60,999 nucleotides of DNA from a virus (taxonomy: Duplodnaviria > Caudoviricetes): IMG/VR virus record IMGVR_UViG_3300037502_000383, positions 1-60,999 of that record; one strand, written 5' to 3'. The notes beneath the pieces were generated by a model that was not told the DNA's origin, ran no database searches, and saw only the letters and a program-made list of their open reading frames with translations. Both the position numbers and the translations under genes were made by a program. Of the stretch, positions 10,027 through 20,300 are shown piece by piece. The first letter of the stretch is position 1; each line of letters begins with the position of its first letter.

Positions 10027-10027
10027 T

Positions 10028-10630
10028 ATGAAGAAGCGCAAGAAATTTGACGGCGGTGGTTCGGTGATGGATAAGCCGAGCCAAGATATGCGCGATCCCG
10101 CATACCGTCGTCAACTGGAGCGCCAACAAGCATTAGAAGCATCCCCGGTAGGGCCAGAAGATTTAATTGGTTTGGGTTTGGGCAAGAGGGCTTTGAGTGC
10201 TGCGGAAATGGCAACTCGCCCTTATGTAAAGAATAAAGTGGTTGTGGCAGAAGGGTTGCGGTTAAAAAACTCGCCTGTGCGTATGCCGAGCAGTGATAAA
10301 GATATTACACACGCATACAGGAATATGTCGCAAGCTGAATACGAAGCAGCAAAAAAGAGCGGCTATTTTCAACGCAACCCAGAACCCAAGCATGGCGCTG
10401 GGGACGAAAAGTGGTGGAGCGGCGGCGATAAAGCTGGCAAGTTTGGTAGAGAGTGGAAAGGCGGAGAGGGTAGCGTTACCGTACGCGCACCCAAGAGCAA
10501 AGTGCCAGAGGATAAGGCTGTCAGATTTAAAGATGTAGAGCTAATGAAGCGCGGGGGCAAAGTAAAGTCAGCTTCCGTCCGAGCTGATGGTATAGCGCAG
10601 CGTGGTAAGACGCGGGGTAAGATGTTGTGA
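10028..10630 (+). CDS. Tagged protein with variable central domain
   Basis: N-terminal KKFDGGG, C-terminal MKRGG-SASVRADGIAQRGKTRG. Confidence 0.7.
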   Translation: MKKRKKFDGGGSVMDKPSQDMRDPAYRRQLERQQALEASPVGPEDLIGLGLGKRALSAAEMATRPYVKNKVVVAEGLRLKNSPVRMPSSDKDITHAYRNMSQAEYEAAKKSGYFQRNPEPKHGAGDEKWWSGGDKAGKFGREWKGGEGSVTVRAPKSKVPEDKAVRFKDVELMKRGGKVKSASVRADGIAQRGKTRGKML

Positions 10631-11280
10631 GTGTGCTGCGCGTTCGCCCTGACCTGATATTTATTGGTCAGGCACATGGCAAAGGCGTAGTAGTACCGCC
10701 GGAAGCCAAAGCCGCCATAGATAAGTACGGGGCTTGGTATGAAGGCAGCGGGGATGACCGGATACCGGGAGTTAAGTACCAAGGCTCATGGGATGATGCG
10801 CTGGCAAAAGACGTAAAGGGGTACCCAAAAGAATTTTTGTTTGTTATTTTTACAAACACAGCAGTAAACAAGCAGAAAGAAATACTCCCCGGCTCCGGTA
10901 CCATTTTTGACCGGCTGCTTGAAACGCAAGGGCAGTACGGATATTTTAAAAGTCGTAAGTTTGATGCGGATACGCTGACCGCTTTTTTAAAAGAAATGGG
11001 CGGGGCGTACTTAAAAAACAGCAAGGCCGAGGCGACAAAGGCAAATGTGGCAGCTTTCATAGGTGGTGGCGAGAAGGACATGTGGGAGTCTGGCAGTACG
11101 CCAGCAAAAAAGATGGCAGACAAGGCAAACAAGCACCGAGACATGTGGCTGTTGTCGCAGCCCAAAGGGGTTTATTTTGTTGGGTCAGACCACCTGAAAG
11201 ATCTAAAATTGCTGCAAACAGGCAAAAGTTCTGACGTTGAAAAAAGCGACATGAACCGAAAAGGGATTAAGCTAATATGA
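10627..11280 (+). CDS. Hypothetical globular protein (possible Tiki/TraB/EreA-like fold)
   Basis: GTGA and ATGA overlaps on both sides; IFIGQAHG...WYEG...YFVGSDHL. Confidence 0.55.
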   Translation: MSVLRVRPDLIFIGQAHGKGVVVPPEAKAAIDKYGAWYEGSGDDRIPGVKYQGSWDDALAKDVKGYPKEFLFVIFTNTAVNKQKEILPGSGTIFDRLLETQGQYGYFKSRKFDADTLTAFLKEMGGAYLKNSKAEATKANVAAFIGGGEKDMWESGSTPAKKMADKANKHRDMWLLSQPKGVYFVGSDHLKDLKLLQTGKSSDVEKSDMNRKGIKLI

Positions 11281-11510
11281 AAGCCCCGCAGCAAAGCCTA
11301 AAGGCGTGGACACAGCAGAAATGGCGCACAAAGAGTGGCAAGCCGTCATCAAAGACCGGCGAGAGATATCTGCCGGAGGCGGCTATCAAGTCACTCAGCC
11401 CAGCAGAGTATGCAGCCACAACGAAGGCGAAGCGGGCAGGAAAGAAGTCTGGCAAGCAGTTCGTCGCGCAACCAAAACGCATAGCCCAGAAGACCGCGAG
11501 GTTTAGATAA
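11277..11510 (+). CDS. Small basic conserved phage protein
   Basis: QQSLKAWTQQKWRTKSGKPS..TGERYLP. Confidence 0.7.
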   Translation: MKAPQQSLKAWTQQKWRTKSGKPSSKTGERYLPEAAIKSLSPAEYAATTKAKRAGKKSGKQFVAQPKRIAQKTARFR

Positions 11511-12253
11511 TGGCTGTTACTACCTCAACTACGAGCTTTAATCCAGATCTCAACGAGCTGTTTGAAGAAGCTTTTGAGAGATGTGGGCGCGAGTTGCGTA
11601 CTGGCTATGATTTCCGCACGGCGCGACGTACTCTCAACTTCTTGATCACAGAGTGGGCCAACCGTGGCATCAACCTGTGGACAATTGAGCAAGGTCAGAT
11701 TCCATTAGTGCAAGGGACAATCACCTATGATCTACCTATTGATACCGTTGATCTTCTGGAACATGTTATTCGCACTAATCCCGGACAGATATCTAATCAG
11801 ACCGACATCAACATAAGCCGGATTTCGGTATCGACGTACTCGACTATCCCGAACAAGCTGACACAAGGTCGTCCGATTCAGGTGTGGGTCAACCGCCAGA
11901 GCGGGCAGACAACTGATTTATTGGGCGCTACGCCGAAGTATCCGCAGATCAATGTGTGGCCGTCACCGGATCAGGGTACACAAGGCAATCCGTATTACTA
12001 CTTTGTGTACTGGCGGCTGCGTCGGATGTACGATGCTGGCAACGGCACCAACGTAGAAGACATCCCATTTCGCTTTCAAAACTGCATGGTCGCTGGATTG
12101 GCGTACATGCTGGCTATGAAGCTACCAGAGATAACGGTAGACCGCATAACTATGCTGAAGGCGCAGTACGACGAGGCGTGGGACTTGGCAGCATCTGAAG
12201 ACAGGGAGAAAGCACCAGACCGGTTTGTGCCGCGTATGACTTTCTACAGGTGA
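11510..12253 (+). CDS. Head-tail adaptor / tail tubular protein A-like
   Basis: EEAFERCG...ARRxLN...WANRG...GRP...VWPSPD...AGLAY pattern of podoviral adaptors. Confidence 0.65.
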   Translation: MAVTTSTTSFNPDLNELFEEAFERCGRELRTGYDFRTARRTLNFLITEWANRGINLWTIEQGQIPLVQGTITYDLPIDTVDLLEHVIRTNPGQISNQTDINISRISVSTYSTIPNKLTQGRPIQVWVNRQSGQTTDLLGATPKYPQINVWPSPDQGTQGNPYYYFVYWRLRRMYDAGNGTNVEDIPFRFQNCMVAGLAYMLAMKLPEITVDRITMLKAQYDEAWDLAASEDREKAPDRFVPRMTFYR

Positions 12254-12256
12254 TGT

Positions 12257-12679
12257 ATGCCGAGCAAGTATGCTAGTGGCAAACACAGTATTGCAGAGTG
12301 CGACCGTTGCGGGTTTCGCTTTAAGCTGAAAGAATTACGCAAACTGACGATCAAGACGAAAAACGTCAACATCAAAGTTTGCAAGAGTTGTTGGGAGCCT
12401 GACCAGCCGCAGTTAAGTCTTGGCCTGTATCCAGTGAATGACCCGCAGGCAGTGCGCGAGCCGAGACCGGATATAAGTTACCTGCAATCTGGCTACAGCG
12501 GATTGCAGCTTACGGAAACGCCGGGGACATCTGTTGATGCTGATGGGTTCCCGGAAGGTGGTAGCCGGGTGTTTCAGTGGGGTTGGTATCCGGTGGGTGG
12601 GGCAAGTGCAAACGATGCAGGGCTGACGCCGAATAATTTAACGTCAAGAGCTGCGATAGGCAGTGTGACAATCTCGTAG
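12257..12679 (+). CDS. Conserved virion-module protein with CxxC pairs
   Basis: CDRCGF...VCKSCWEPDQPQL...DPQAVREPRPD. Confidence 0.65.
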   Translation: MPSKYASGKHSIAECDRCGFRFKLKELRKLTIKTKNVNIKVCKSCWEPDQPQLSLGLYPVNDPQAVREPRPDISYLQSGYSGLQLTETPGTSVDADGFPEGGSRVFQWGWYPVGGASANDAGLTPNNLTSRAAIGSVTIS

Positions 12680-12687
12680 GAGTAAAT

Positions 12688-12849
12688 ATGGACAGCATGA
12701 AGAAAATTGCCAAGGCAGAAGTCAAGGCTCATGAGCGCCGTATGCACAAGGGCATGGCAAAGGGCGGTGTGACTGGTGAGGCGATGCGCAAGTATGGCCG
12801 CAACCTAGCGCGCGCGATGAATCAGCGTGGTACTTCGAGGGGCAAATAA
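12688..12849 (+). CDS. 53-aa basic protein with MAKGG motif (not in ORF track)
   Basis: AGGAG SD; MDSMKKIAKAEVKAHERRMHKGMAKGG...; stop coupled to next ATG. Confidence 0.65.
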   Translation: MDSMKKIAKAEVKAHERRMHKGMAKGGVTGEAMRKYGRNLARAMNQRGTSRGK

Positions 12850-13037
12850 TGGCTACGAAACCAGCACAGAAAGCGCAGGTGCCGGAGAAGTCTGGCGCTC
12901 AGTACATGAACGAAATGAACATTGCCGCTGGCACTGTCAGTAAAGGCAACTACAAAGAAGCCAAAACGACCGGCATCAAGATTCGCGGTACCGGTGCGGC
13001 AACTAAAGGCGTAATGGCGCGTGGCCCGATGGGTTGA
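12849..13037 (+). CDS. Small basic protein
   Basis: GIKIRGTGAATKG..ARGPMG. Confidence 0.65.
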   Translation: MATKPAQKAQVPEKSGAQYMNEMNIAAGTVSKGNYKEAKTTGIKIRGTGAATKGVMARGPMG

Positions 13038-13039
13038 TC

Positions 13040-13714
13040 ATGACGTATACAGAACTTGTTGCTGAAATTCAGTCGTACACCCAGAACTACGAGTCTGACT
13101 TCGTAGCGAACATTCCTACGTTCGTAGATCAGGCTGAGACGCGCATCTATAACACGGTGCAGATTCCTGCACTGCGTAAGAACGTGACAGGCGTGACGAC
13201 TAACGGCAATAAGTATCTGTCTTGCCCAAATGACTTCTTGTCGGTGTTCTCGATAGCAGTGATTGATGGTAACGGCGACTACGAGTACCTGCTGAACAAA
13301 GATGTCAACTTCATACGGGCAGCGTATCCTAATCCAAACGATACGGGGCTTCCTAAATACTACGCACTGTTTGGCCCGACGGTGGTGTCGAGTACAGTAA
13401 CGGATGAGTTGAGCTTTATTCTTGGCCCCACACCCGACTCTAGCTACAGCGTAGAACTGCACTACAACTACTACCCTGAGTCAATCACAACCGCCGCTGA
13501 TGGACGCACATGGCTGGGCGATAACTACTCACCTGTATTGTTGTATGGCTCTTTGGTAGAGGCTTATACCTTCATGAAGGGTGAGCAGGACATGATGGGA
13601 TACTACGAGAAAAAGTATCAGGATGCGCTGGCACAACTCAACCGTCTGGGTACAGGTCTTGAGCGTGGTGACGCATACCGCGATGGGCAGGCAAAGATTA
13701 AGGTGAATCCGTGA
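13040..13714 (+). CDS. Tail adaptor/tubular protein
   Basis: MTYxEL...AExRI...GxPKYYA...LGPTPD..YxVELHY...LLYGSLVEA. Confidence 0.7.
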   Translation: MTYTELVAEIQSYTQNYESDFVANIPTFVDQAETRIYNTVQIPALRKNVTGVTTNGNKYLSCPNDFLSVFSIAVIDGNGDYEYLLNKDVNFIRAAYPNPNDTGLPKYYALFGPTVVSSTVTDELSFILGPTPDSSYSVELHYNYYPESITTAADGRTWLGDNYSPVLLYGSLVEAYTFMKGEQDMMGYYEKKYQDALAQLNRLGTGLERGDAYRDGQAKIKVNP

Positions 13715-14133
13715 TCCAACAAGGACTGACAAACAGTTTCAAGCAGGAGATGCTCCAAGCGGGGCAGAACCTTGCTACGGATACGCTGAGGATGGCGCTG
13801 TACACAGCTTTTTCCGATATTGGGCAACTGACCACTGCTTACACCACAAGTAATGAAGTGGTGGGTACAGGCTATACCGCTGGTGGCGAGTTAGTAACAG
13901 GCGCAACTATCTCAACGGATACGCAGACCGGCACTGTATATGTAGACTTCAATGATGTATCGTGGCCCGGCGCTAGTTTTACTGCGCGTGGTGCTTTGAT
14001 CTACAACGTCACGCGGTCAAACAAGTCTGTGGCTGTACTTGATTTTGGTTCAGACAAGACGTTTACTTCCAGCAACAGCACCGTCACGATGCCTGCAAAT
14101 ACAGCGACGACGGCTTTAATTCGTTTTCCTTGA
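13711..14133 (+). CDS. Tail structural protein
   Basis: SFKQE...ALYT...GYTAGG...ARGALIYN...VLDFG. Confidence 0.65.
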   Translation: MIQQGLTNSFKQEMLQAGQNLATDTLRMALYTAFSDIGQLTTAYTTSNEVVGTGYTAGGELVTGATISTDTQTGTVYVDFNDVSWPGASFTARGALIYNVTRSNKSVAVLDFGSDKTFTSSNSTVTMPANTATTALIRFP

Positions 14134-14142
14134 GGAGTTGAT

Positions 14143-14715
14143 ATGAACAACGTAAAAGCAATTGCGGGCGATAGTGTTGATGCCGCAGTGATCAGACCAA
14201 CCGCAGGATTTGAACAAGTCCATGCTGGTGGCGTGTTCCACATTCTTTGCTACGACAAAGATGGTAACTTGAAGTGGGAAGAAAAAGGCCCCAACCTTGT
14301 GGTAAACACTGGCTTGCAATACATGGTTTCCACTTCACTGGACGCTGCTGCGCAAACAACGGTGTGGTATTTGGGTTTGATAGGTACTCTGACTTCAATT
14401 GTAGGCGGTGACACAATGTTGTCACACACGGGTTGGACTGAGGACACTACGTACTCGCAAGCAAACCGTCCGACAGCGACATTCGGTACAGCAACAACGG
14501 CAAACCCATCGGTGCTTGATAACTCTGCGTCGGTAGCTGTGTTCTCGATTAACGGCACAACCACGATTAACGGTGCGTTCCTAACTAGCAGCAATACCAA
14601 GGGCGGCACAACCGGTACGCTGTTTTCAGCCAAAGCATTTACTGGTGGCTCTCGTGGCGTAATCAGCGGCGACACTTTGAACGTAACTTACACCTTCAGC
14701 TTGACCGGCACCTAA
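14143..14715 (+). CDS. Tail structural protein
   Basis: NLVVNxG...GDTLNVTYT beta-sandwich family; GAGGAG SD. Confidence 0.6.
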   Translation: MNNVKAIAGDSVDAAVIRPTAGFEQVHAGGVFHILCYDKDGNLKWEEKGPNLVVNTGLQYMVSTSLDAAAQTTVWYLGLIGTLTSIVGGDTMLSHTGWTEDTTYSQANRPTATFGTATTANPSVLDNSASVAVFSINGTTTINGAFLTSSNTKGGTTGTLFSAKAFTGGSRGVISGDTLNVTYTFSLTGT

Positions 14716-14717
14716 TT

Positions 14718-14891
14718 ATGAAGCTCGACTTTTGCTTTGATACTCAGTACGGTAAGTTCTGCGATGCCTTGCATCTGCCGGATAATCACACGTTTACTGA
14801 CGAAGAAATCCAAGCAATGAAACAACAACGGTTAGACAACTGGATAGCCGTTGTTACCGCCCCTCCTTCAGAAGAGCCACCGGCGGAGTAA
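14718..14891 (+). CDS. 57-aa protein (not in ORF track)
   Basis: MKLDFCFDTQYGKFCDALHLPD...RLDNW; fills the gap between flanking genes. Confidence 0.6.
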   Translation: MKLDFCFDTQYGKFCDALHLPDNHTFTDEEIQAMKQQRLDNWIAVVTAPPSEEPPAE

Positions 14892-14894
14892 TGA

Positions 14895-17800
14895 ATGGCA
14901 GATCGCTATTGGGTTGGTGGCACTGGTACATGGAGTAGCACCAACACGGCTAACTGGTCAGCATCTAGCGGTGGGGCTAGTGGTGCGTCTGTTCCTACGT
15001 CAGCAGATAACGTATTCTTTGATGCTGGTAGCGATTCTGGCGGTATCTTCACCGTCACGATGGCAAACACGCCACGGGTTTGCAACGACATCACGATTAG
15101 CGGTCTTGATTTTACAATGACCCTAGCAGGAACAAGCATTGGCTTGACTGTTAGCGGTAGTTTGTCCTTTCCTGCGACAAATTTCACCCGTACCTATACA
15201 GGCACAACGACATTCAATGCCACAACTACAGGCAAGACAATAACTACTAATGGTGTAGCGTTTGGTGGGGCAGTTACGCTTGATGGAGTAGGTGGTGCTT
15301 GGACGTTAGGTTCAGCGTTTAGCTGTGGTTCTAGCACACTAACACTTACCAATGGAACGTTTGATACATCAACAAGTAATTATGCGGTTACTGCTGGAGT
15401 ATTTTCATCAAATAATTCAAACACAAGAACCATAAATTTAAATGGTTCTACTATTACTTTAAGTTCAAGTAATTTTTGGTCTATGACAACCAGCACTAAT
15501 GCAACATTAAATGCTGGAACATCAACAATAAATTCTACAATTACGTCTACGGGACTTTTTTCTGGTGGCGGTCTTACTTACTATAACGTATCTTTTTCTA
15601 CATCAACAGCAACAACAACAACAAAATCAATTACAGGCGCAAACACATTTAACAACTTGACGTTTTCTACGATTGCTTCTGCCGGACTAAACAACATAAG
15701 CATAGCCGCAAACCAGACAATTACTGGAACATTTACTGTTAATGGCGATAATGGTAACCAAAGGCAATTTGTCCGGTCTGACGCAACAGGCATATCTCGT
15801 ACATTAACTTGCGCTGCTATTGCGGCTATGACCGATGTTGATTTCCGTGACATCACAATAGCTGGTGCCGCATCTCCGTTGTCTGGTACGCGATTAGGCG
15901 ATTGCGGCGGTAATAGCAATATTACGTTTGTAGCTGGCGTAAATAAATATTGGAACTTAGCGGCAGGTGGCAACTGGAACGCAACTGCTTGGGCAACAAG
16001 TTCAGGTGGCGGTGTGGCAGATACAAACTATCCATTACCTCAAGACACCGCAATTATTGAAAACACGGGATTAAATACAAGCGCAACAATTACGATCAAT
16101 GGTGCTTGGAACATTGGTACGTTAGACGCATCAACACGCACCAATGCAATGACATTAGCGTCAAGCACAAACACACCAACATTTTATGGAAACTTTACTT
16201 ACGGGTCAGGTGTAACTCCTACTGGTACTGGCACGTATACATTTTCCAATAGAGCTACTAAAACACTTAACTCTGGTGGAATAACATTTACTCAGCCAGT
16301 AACGATAGATGCGCCCGGCGGCGGTATTCAGCTTGTTACAAACAATCTGACATTAGGCTCAACAATTACAACGACACTAACGCGAGGTACGTTAGACCTG
16401 AACAACCTGACGCACTCAACGGGCAGATTTCAGTCAACTAATAGCAATACACGCTCTATAGCATTTGGTACAACAGGTTCTATTGTAACTACTACAACCA
16501 CAGCAACAGCAAAAGTACTGGAGATGGCAATTGCCACAAACTTCACGTTTACCGGTACGTCAAACATATCGGCAGCAATGTCTGCAACAAAAACATTTGA
16601 ATTTGGCAGTACTGCTGGTGCAACGGTTTCAAACAGACTCAACATAAATCTAACGTCCGGAAATTCAGCCCCTACATTTACAGGATCGTTTAGACAAATC
16701 GATTTTACAGGTTCAACCAGTAATACTGGCAGCAACACTATTTCTTGTCACGGGTTTACGCTGGCGTCTGGCGGAACTTATACAAGCACTACTTTTACAA
16801 CAGTAGGCACAGGCACATTAACGTCAACTGGAAAATCAATATCAACTCTTAGGGTTAATGCGTCTGGCATAACAACTACGCTTTCTGATGCTTTGGTTTG
16901 CCTTAGCATATGGTATTTGACCCAAGGCACAATTGATCTTAATGGGTTTACTTTAACTACGCCCGCTTATTGGGGAGATAGCAGCTCTGCAAAAAATATA
17001 ACTTTTAACGGCGGGACTATTGTTATAACAGCAGCTAATGCTTTTGCGTGGGATAACGTTAGCGGTGCTGGAAATCTTACCACGACAGCAGGTACTGGCA
17101 CAGGCACAATCTCGATGACTGCAGCAACTGGCAAGGGGTTTCAAGGTGGAGGGGCTACGTATAACTGCACATTGAATCAAGGTGGTGCCGGAACGCTGAC
17201 AATTACTGGCGCAAATACGTTTAACGACATCACTAGAACTAGCGCCACAGCAAGTCAGATCACGTTTCCTGCTAGTACAACAAACACGTTTAATAACTTT
17301 ACCTTGTCTGGCACATCCGGAAACTTAGTATCGCTTCGCAGTTCTACGCCGGGCACGCGGTTCACGCTATCCAAGTCTTCTGGCACAGTATCCGTTTCCT
17401 ATCTTAATATTCAAGACAGTAACGCAACAGGCGGTGCTACTTGGGAAGCGTTTACATCAAATGGAAACGTCAACTCTGGTAATAATCTTGGCTGGGATTT
17501 TGGCGGGGTTACGTATGCTGTAAGCGTCAGCGAAACAGCTACGGGTACCGATACTATTACGTTGTTTTTGACGCGTGTTGGTGCAATCGATGAAACAGCT
17601 ACCGGTGCGGACACTACAGTCAGTCAATTAGATGCGGCAGGCGCAGTATCTGAAACAGCTACCGGTGCAGACACAACAGCCAGCCAATTAACTACATCAG
17701 GCGCAGTAGCCGAAACAGCTACGGGAACAGATACAGCGGTTGGCAATATAAGCAGTACGTCAACAGTCTCAGAAACAGCCACGGGCGCAGACGATCTTAC

Positions 17801-18296
17801 AGTTACTGCGTCACTACAATTGTTTGTAGCCGAAACAGCCACGGGCACAGACACTACAGCCAGCCAATTAGATGCGGTAAGCGCAATATCTGAATCAGCT
17901 ACAGGTACAGATACCGAAGCCGCTACTTTGACCAGAGTAGGCGCAGTAGACGAAACAGCAACCGGAGCGGACGATACTACAAGCCAGCTTGATGCGTTTG
18001 GTGGTGTTGACGAAACGGCAACAGCGGAGGATACACTAGCCACCCAGTTGGACGGGGTTGCCGCTATTGACGAAACGGTAATAGGCGTAGACTCACCCCT
18101 CGGCAACATCATAACTACTTTGCAAATTAGCGAAGGCGCGACTATCCTAGATGCTGCGCTGGCGCGGCTTTTGTGGGAACTGATCAATGACAATCAGTTA
18201 CCGGGTTGGCAACTAATACCGAATAATCAAGGGTCTGGCTGGACTATAATCAACACGCAGGCTGGCGGATCGTGGACAAATATCGACACTGTGTAA
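14895..18296 (+). CDS. Large tail fibre/adhesin, beta-helix-like with C-terminal 20-aa repeats
   Basis: RYWVGGTGTW..TxNW start, T/G/S/N-rich repeats, ETATGxD repeats. Confidence 0.7.
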   Translation: MADRYWVGGTGTWSSTNTANWSASSGGASGASVPTSADNVFFDAGSDSGGIFTVTMANTPRVCNDITISGLDFTMTLAGTSIGLTVSGSLSFPATNFTRTYTGTTTFNATTTGKTITTNGVAFGGAVTLDGVGGAWTLGSAFSCGSSTLTLTNGTFDTSTSNYAVTAGVFSSNNSNTRTINLNGSTITLSSSNFWSMTTSTNATLNAGTSTINSTITSTGLFSGGGLTYYNVSFSTSTATTTTKSITGANTFNNLTFSTIASAGLNNISIAANQTITGTFTVNGDNGNQRQFVRSDATGISRTLTCAAIAAMTDVDFRDITIAGAASPLSGTRLGDCGGNSNITFVAGVNKYWNLAAGGNWNATAWATSSGGGVADTNYPLPQDTAIIENTGLNTSATITINGAWNIGTLDASTRTNAMTLASSTNTPTFYGNFTYGSGVTPTGTGTYTFSNRATKTLNSGGITFTQPVTIDAPGGGIQLVTNNLTLGSTITTTLTRGTLDLNNLTHSTGRFQSTNSNTRSIAFGTTGSIVTTTTTATAKVLEMAIATNFTFTGTSNISAAMSATKTFEFGSTAGATVSNRLNINLTSGNSAPTFTGSFRQIDFTGSTSNTGSNTISCHGFTLASGGTYTSTTFTTVGTGTLTSTGKSISTLRVNASGITTTLSDALVCLSIWYLTQGTIDLNGFTLTTPAYWGDSSSAKNITFNGGTIVITAANAFAWDNVSGAGNLTTTAGTGTGTISMTAATGKGFQGGGATYNCTLNQGGAGTLTITGANTFNDITRTSATASQITFPASTTNTFNNFTLSGTSGNLVSLRSSTPGTRFTLSKSSGTVSVSYLNIQDSNATGGATWEAFTSNGNVNSGNNLGWDFGGVTYAVSVSETATGTDTITLFLTRVGAIDETATGADTTVSQLDAAGAVSETATGADTTASQLTTSGAVAETATGTDTAVGNISSTSTVSETATGADDLTVTASLQLFVAETATGTDTTASQLDAVSAISESATGTDTEAATLTRVGAVDETATGADDTTSQLDAFGGVDETATAEDTLATQLDGVAAIDETVIGVDSPLGNIITTLQISEGATILDAALARLLWELINDNQLPGWQLIPNNQGSGWTIINTQAGGSWTNIDTV
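17521..18150 (+). repeat. About 10 degenerate tandem 60-bp (20-aa) repeats
   Basis: GAAACAGC-like words recur every 60 nt (17532, 17592 ... 18072). Confidence 0.85.
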
Positions 18297-18305
18297 GGAC
18301 AGATC

Positions 18306-19496
18306 ATGGCGACTACGTACAACAATAACCTGCGGATTGCAGAGATTGGTACAGGCGACCAAGCCGGTGTGTGGGGTAACACAACCAACTACAACCTAGC
18401 GACGCTGCTGACTGAAGCGATTACGGGCGTTGCTTCTATTACTGTTACAGGCAACCAAGCACTCACGGCGCTCGATGGTGCAACAGACCAATCGCGTCAA
18501 GCGGTATTGCTATTGACGGGCACACCTGCGGCAAACTTTACGTTATATACCCCGCCGACAGATAAGATTTACATCATCAAAAATAACACCGGCAGAACGG
18601 CGACGATCTCTGCGGCAACGACTGCCAACGGCACCACACCGACTGGCGGCACCACAATCACCATCCCCGATGGCTACACCACACTACTGTTCTGTGACGG
18701 TAGCAACATAACGGGCGGCGTTAATAGAATCAATGGCGATCTGTCCGTATCAGGCAATGGCGCGTTTGGTGGTACCGGTAGTTTAGTAGTTCCATCAGGC
18801 ACGACTGTTCAACGTGCTGGTACAGGCATCCGATACAACACGACGTTCGGGCAATACGAAGGTTACGATACCAATACTTCACAGTGGAGTTCGATTGGCG
18901 GTGGCGCGACAGGCAGTGCAGGTAATCAGGTCTTCTACGAGAACGATCAGGTTGTTACTGCTAACTACACCATCCCTACCGATAAGTACGCAAGCTCTAC
19001 AGGGCCAATCATAATCGACGCAATTAGCTGCACGGGAACTATTAACGACGGCGGGGTATTAGCAGGTACGACATTGACTGTGCTTGCAGAATCGTCATTT
19101 ACCGCGTCTATTGCAAGTAATACGATGACGGTGTCCGCAGTTGGGTCAGGCACGATTGGAATAAATCAATATATCAGTGGTACCAACGTGCAGCCGGGCA
19201 CAAAGATACTTGAGCAGTTAACAGGAACTACCGGAAGCACAGGCACGTATAGAGTCAATGTTTCTCAAACAGTTTCGTCCACAACAATAACTACGATAAC
19301 GTCTGGTGTTCTCTATGTCGGTGCTGTGATTACTGGCGGAAGTATCGATGCAGGCACAACCATCACAGCTTTTGGTACGGGTTCTGGCGGCACTGGTACA
19401 TACACTGTAAGCATATCTCAACTGCGTGGGTCAACCGCAATTACATCCGCAGTTGCTGTCACGGTATCTACCGGCGCACGTTGGGTGATTCAATAA
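18306..19496 (+). CDS. Tail fibre protein
   Basis: GxQxGxWGxTTNxNL N-terminus; IRYNTT...EGY; GTGTY modules. Confidence 0.7.
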   Translation: MATTYNNNLRIAEIGTGDQAGVWGNTTNYNLATLLTEAITGVASITVTGNQALTALDGATDQSRQAVLLLTGTPAANFTLYTPPTDKIYIIKNNTGRTATISAATTANGTTPTGGTTITIPDGYTTLLFCDGSNITGGVNRINGDLSVSGNGAFGGTGSLVVPSGTTVQRAGTGIRYNTTFGQYEGYDTNTSQWSSIGGGATGSAGNQVFYENDQVVTANYTIPTDKYASSTGPIIIDAISCTGTINDGGVLAGTTLTVLAESSFTASIASNTMTVSAVGSGTIGINQYISGTNVQPGTKILEQLTGTTGSTGTYRVNVSQTVSSTTITTITSGVLYVGAVITGGSIDAGTTITAFGTGSGGTGTYTVSISQLRGSTAITSAVAVTVSTGARWVIQ

Positions 19497-19505
19497 GAGG
19501 CGATT

Positions 19506-20300
19506 ATGGCAACGACAATCACAGCGGGTAACGCAACAAACGGCGCGGCGGTCAGTAGTGACAACACCGGCACACTTCAGTTAAAAACGGGTACTGGCGC
19601 GGGCACAACGGCGATAAGTATTGATGCGTCACAAGTGGTGACTATGCCGGGGCCTGTAGCGATACCGGGTAATTTGGTTGTTACAGGCACAATTACTGCG
19701 GGCGCTGGTAGCCCCTATGTATTAAATTCTTACGTTGCGCCAGCTACATGGACAAAACCGACGGGGCTGAAATCTATCAAAGTTACCGTAGTGGGTGCTG
19801 GTGGTGCGGGTGGCCCTGTTACGCCATCAACACCAAGTAATAGTTCTGGTGGTGGCGGTGGCGGAGCGGGCGGTGCAGCTATTGAATACATTCCAGCCCC
19901 CTCAATTCCCGGCCCCGTGGCAGTAACCGCTGGCCCCGGCACAAACAGTTTTGGCGCTTTTTGTTCAGCAACTGCTGGAAGCAACGGAGCAACTGCTGGA
20001 GGTGGTGACTCCGGTGCTGGCGGTGCTGGCGGAGTTGGTAGTGGTGGAACTATTGATTTTACTGGCGGCGGCGGTGTCTCTGGAGTGGCTTCTGGAGGTG
20101 TTGGCGGCGCTGGAGGTAATTCATTATTTGGCTCAGGCGCACGAGGGATTACAACCCCCGGCCCGGTTACGAATACGGCAGGAGCGTCTGGCGGTAATTA
20201 TGGCGGTGGTGGTAGTGGGGCCGGAAAAATTACAACAACAGGAGGGGCATCTGGCGGTGCAGGCGCACCCGGAATCGTTATTGTTGAGGAGTTCTACTAA
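19506..20300 (+). CDS. Glycine-rich tail fibre domain protein (paralog 1)
   Basis: TWTKP...KVTVVGAGGAGG...GAPGIVIVEEFY. Confidence 0.7.
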   Translation: MATTITAGNATNGAAVSSDNTGTLQLKTGTGAGTTAISIDASQVVTMPGPVAIPGNLVVTGTITAGAGSPYVLNSYVAPATWTKPTGLKSIKVTVVGAGGAGGPVTPSTPSNSSGGGGGGAGGAAIEYIPAPSIPGPVAVTAGPGTNSFGAFCSATAGSNGATAGGGDSGAGGAGGVGSGGTIDFTGGGGVSGVASGGVGGAGGNSLFGSGARGITTPGPVTNTAGASGGNYGGGGSGAGKITTTGGASGGAGAPGIVIVEEFY

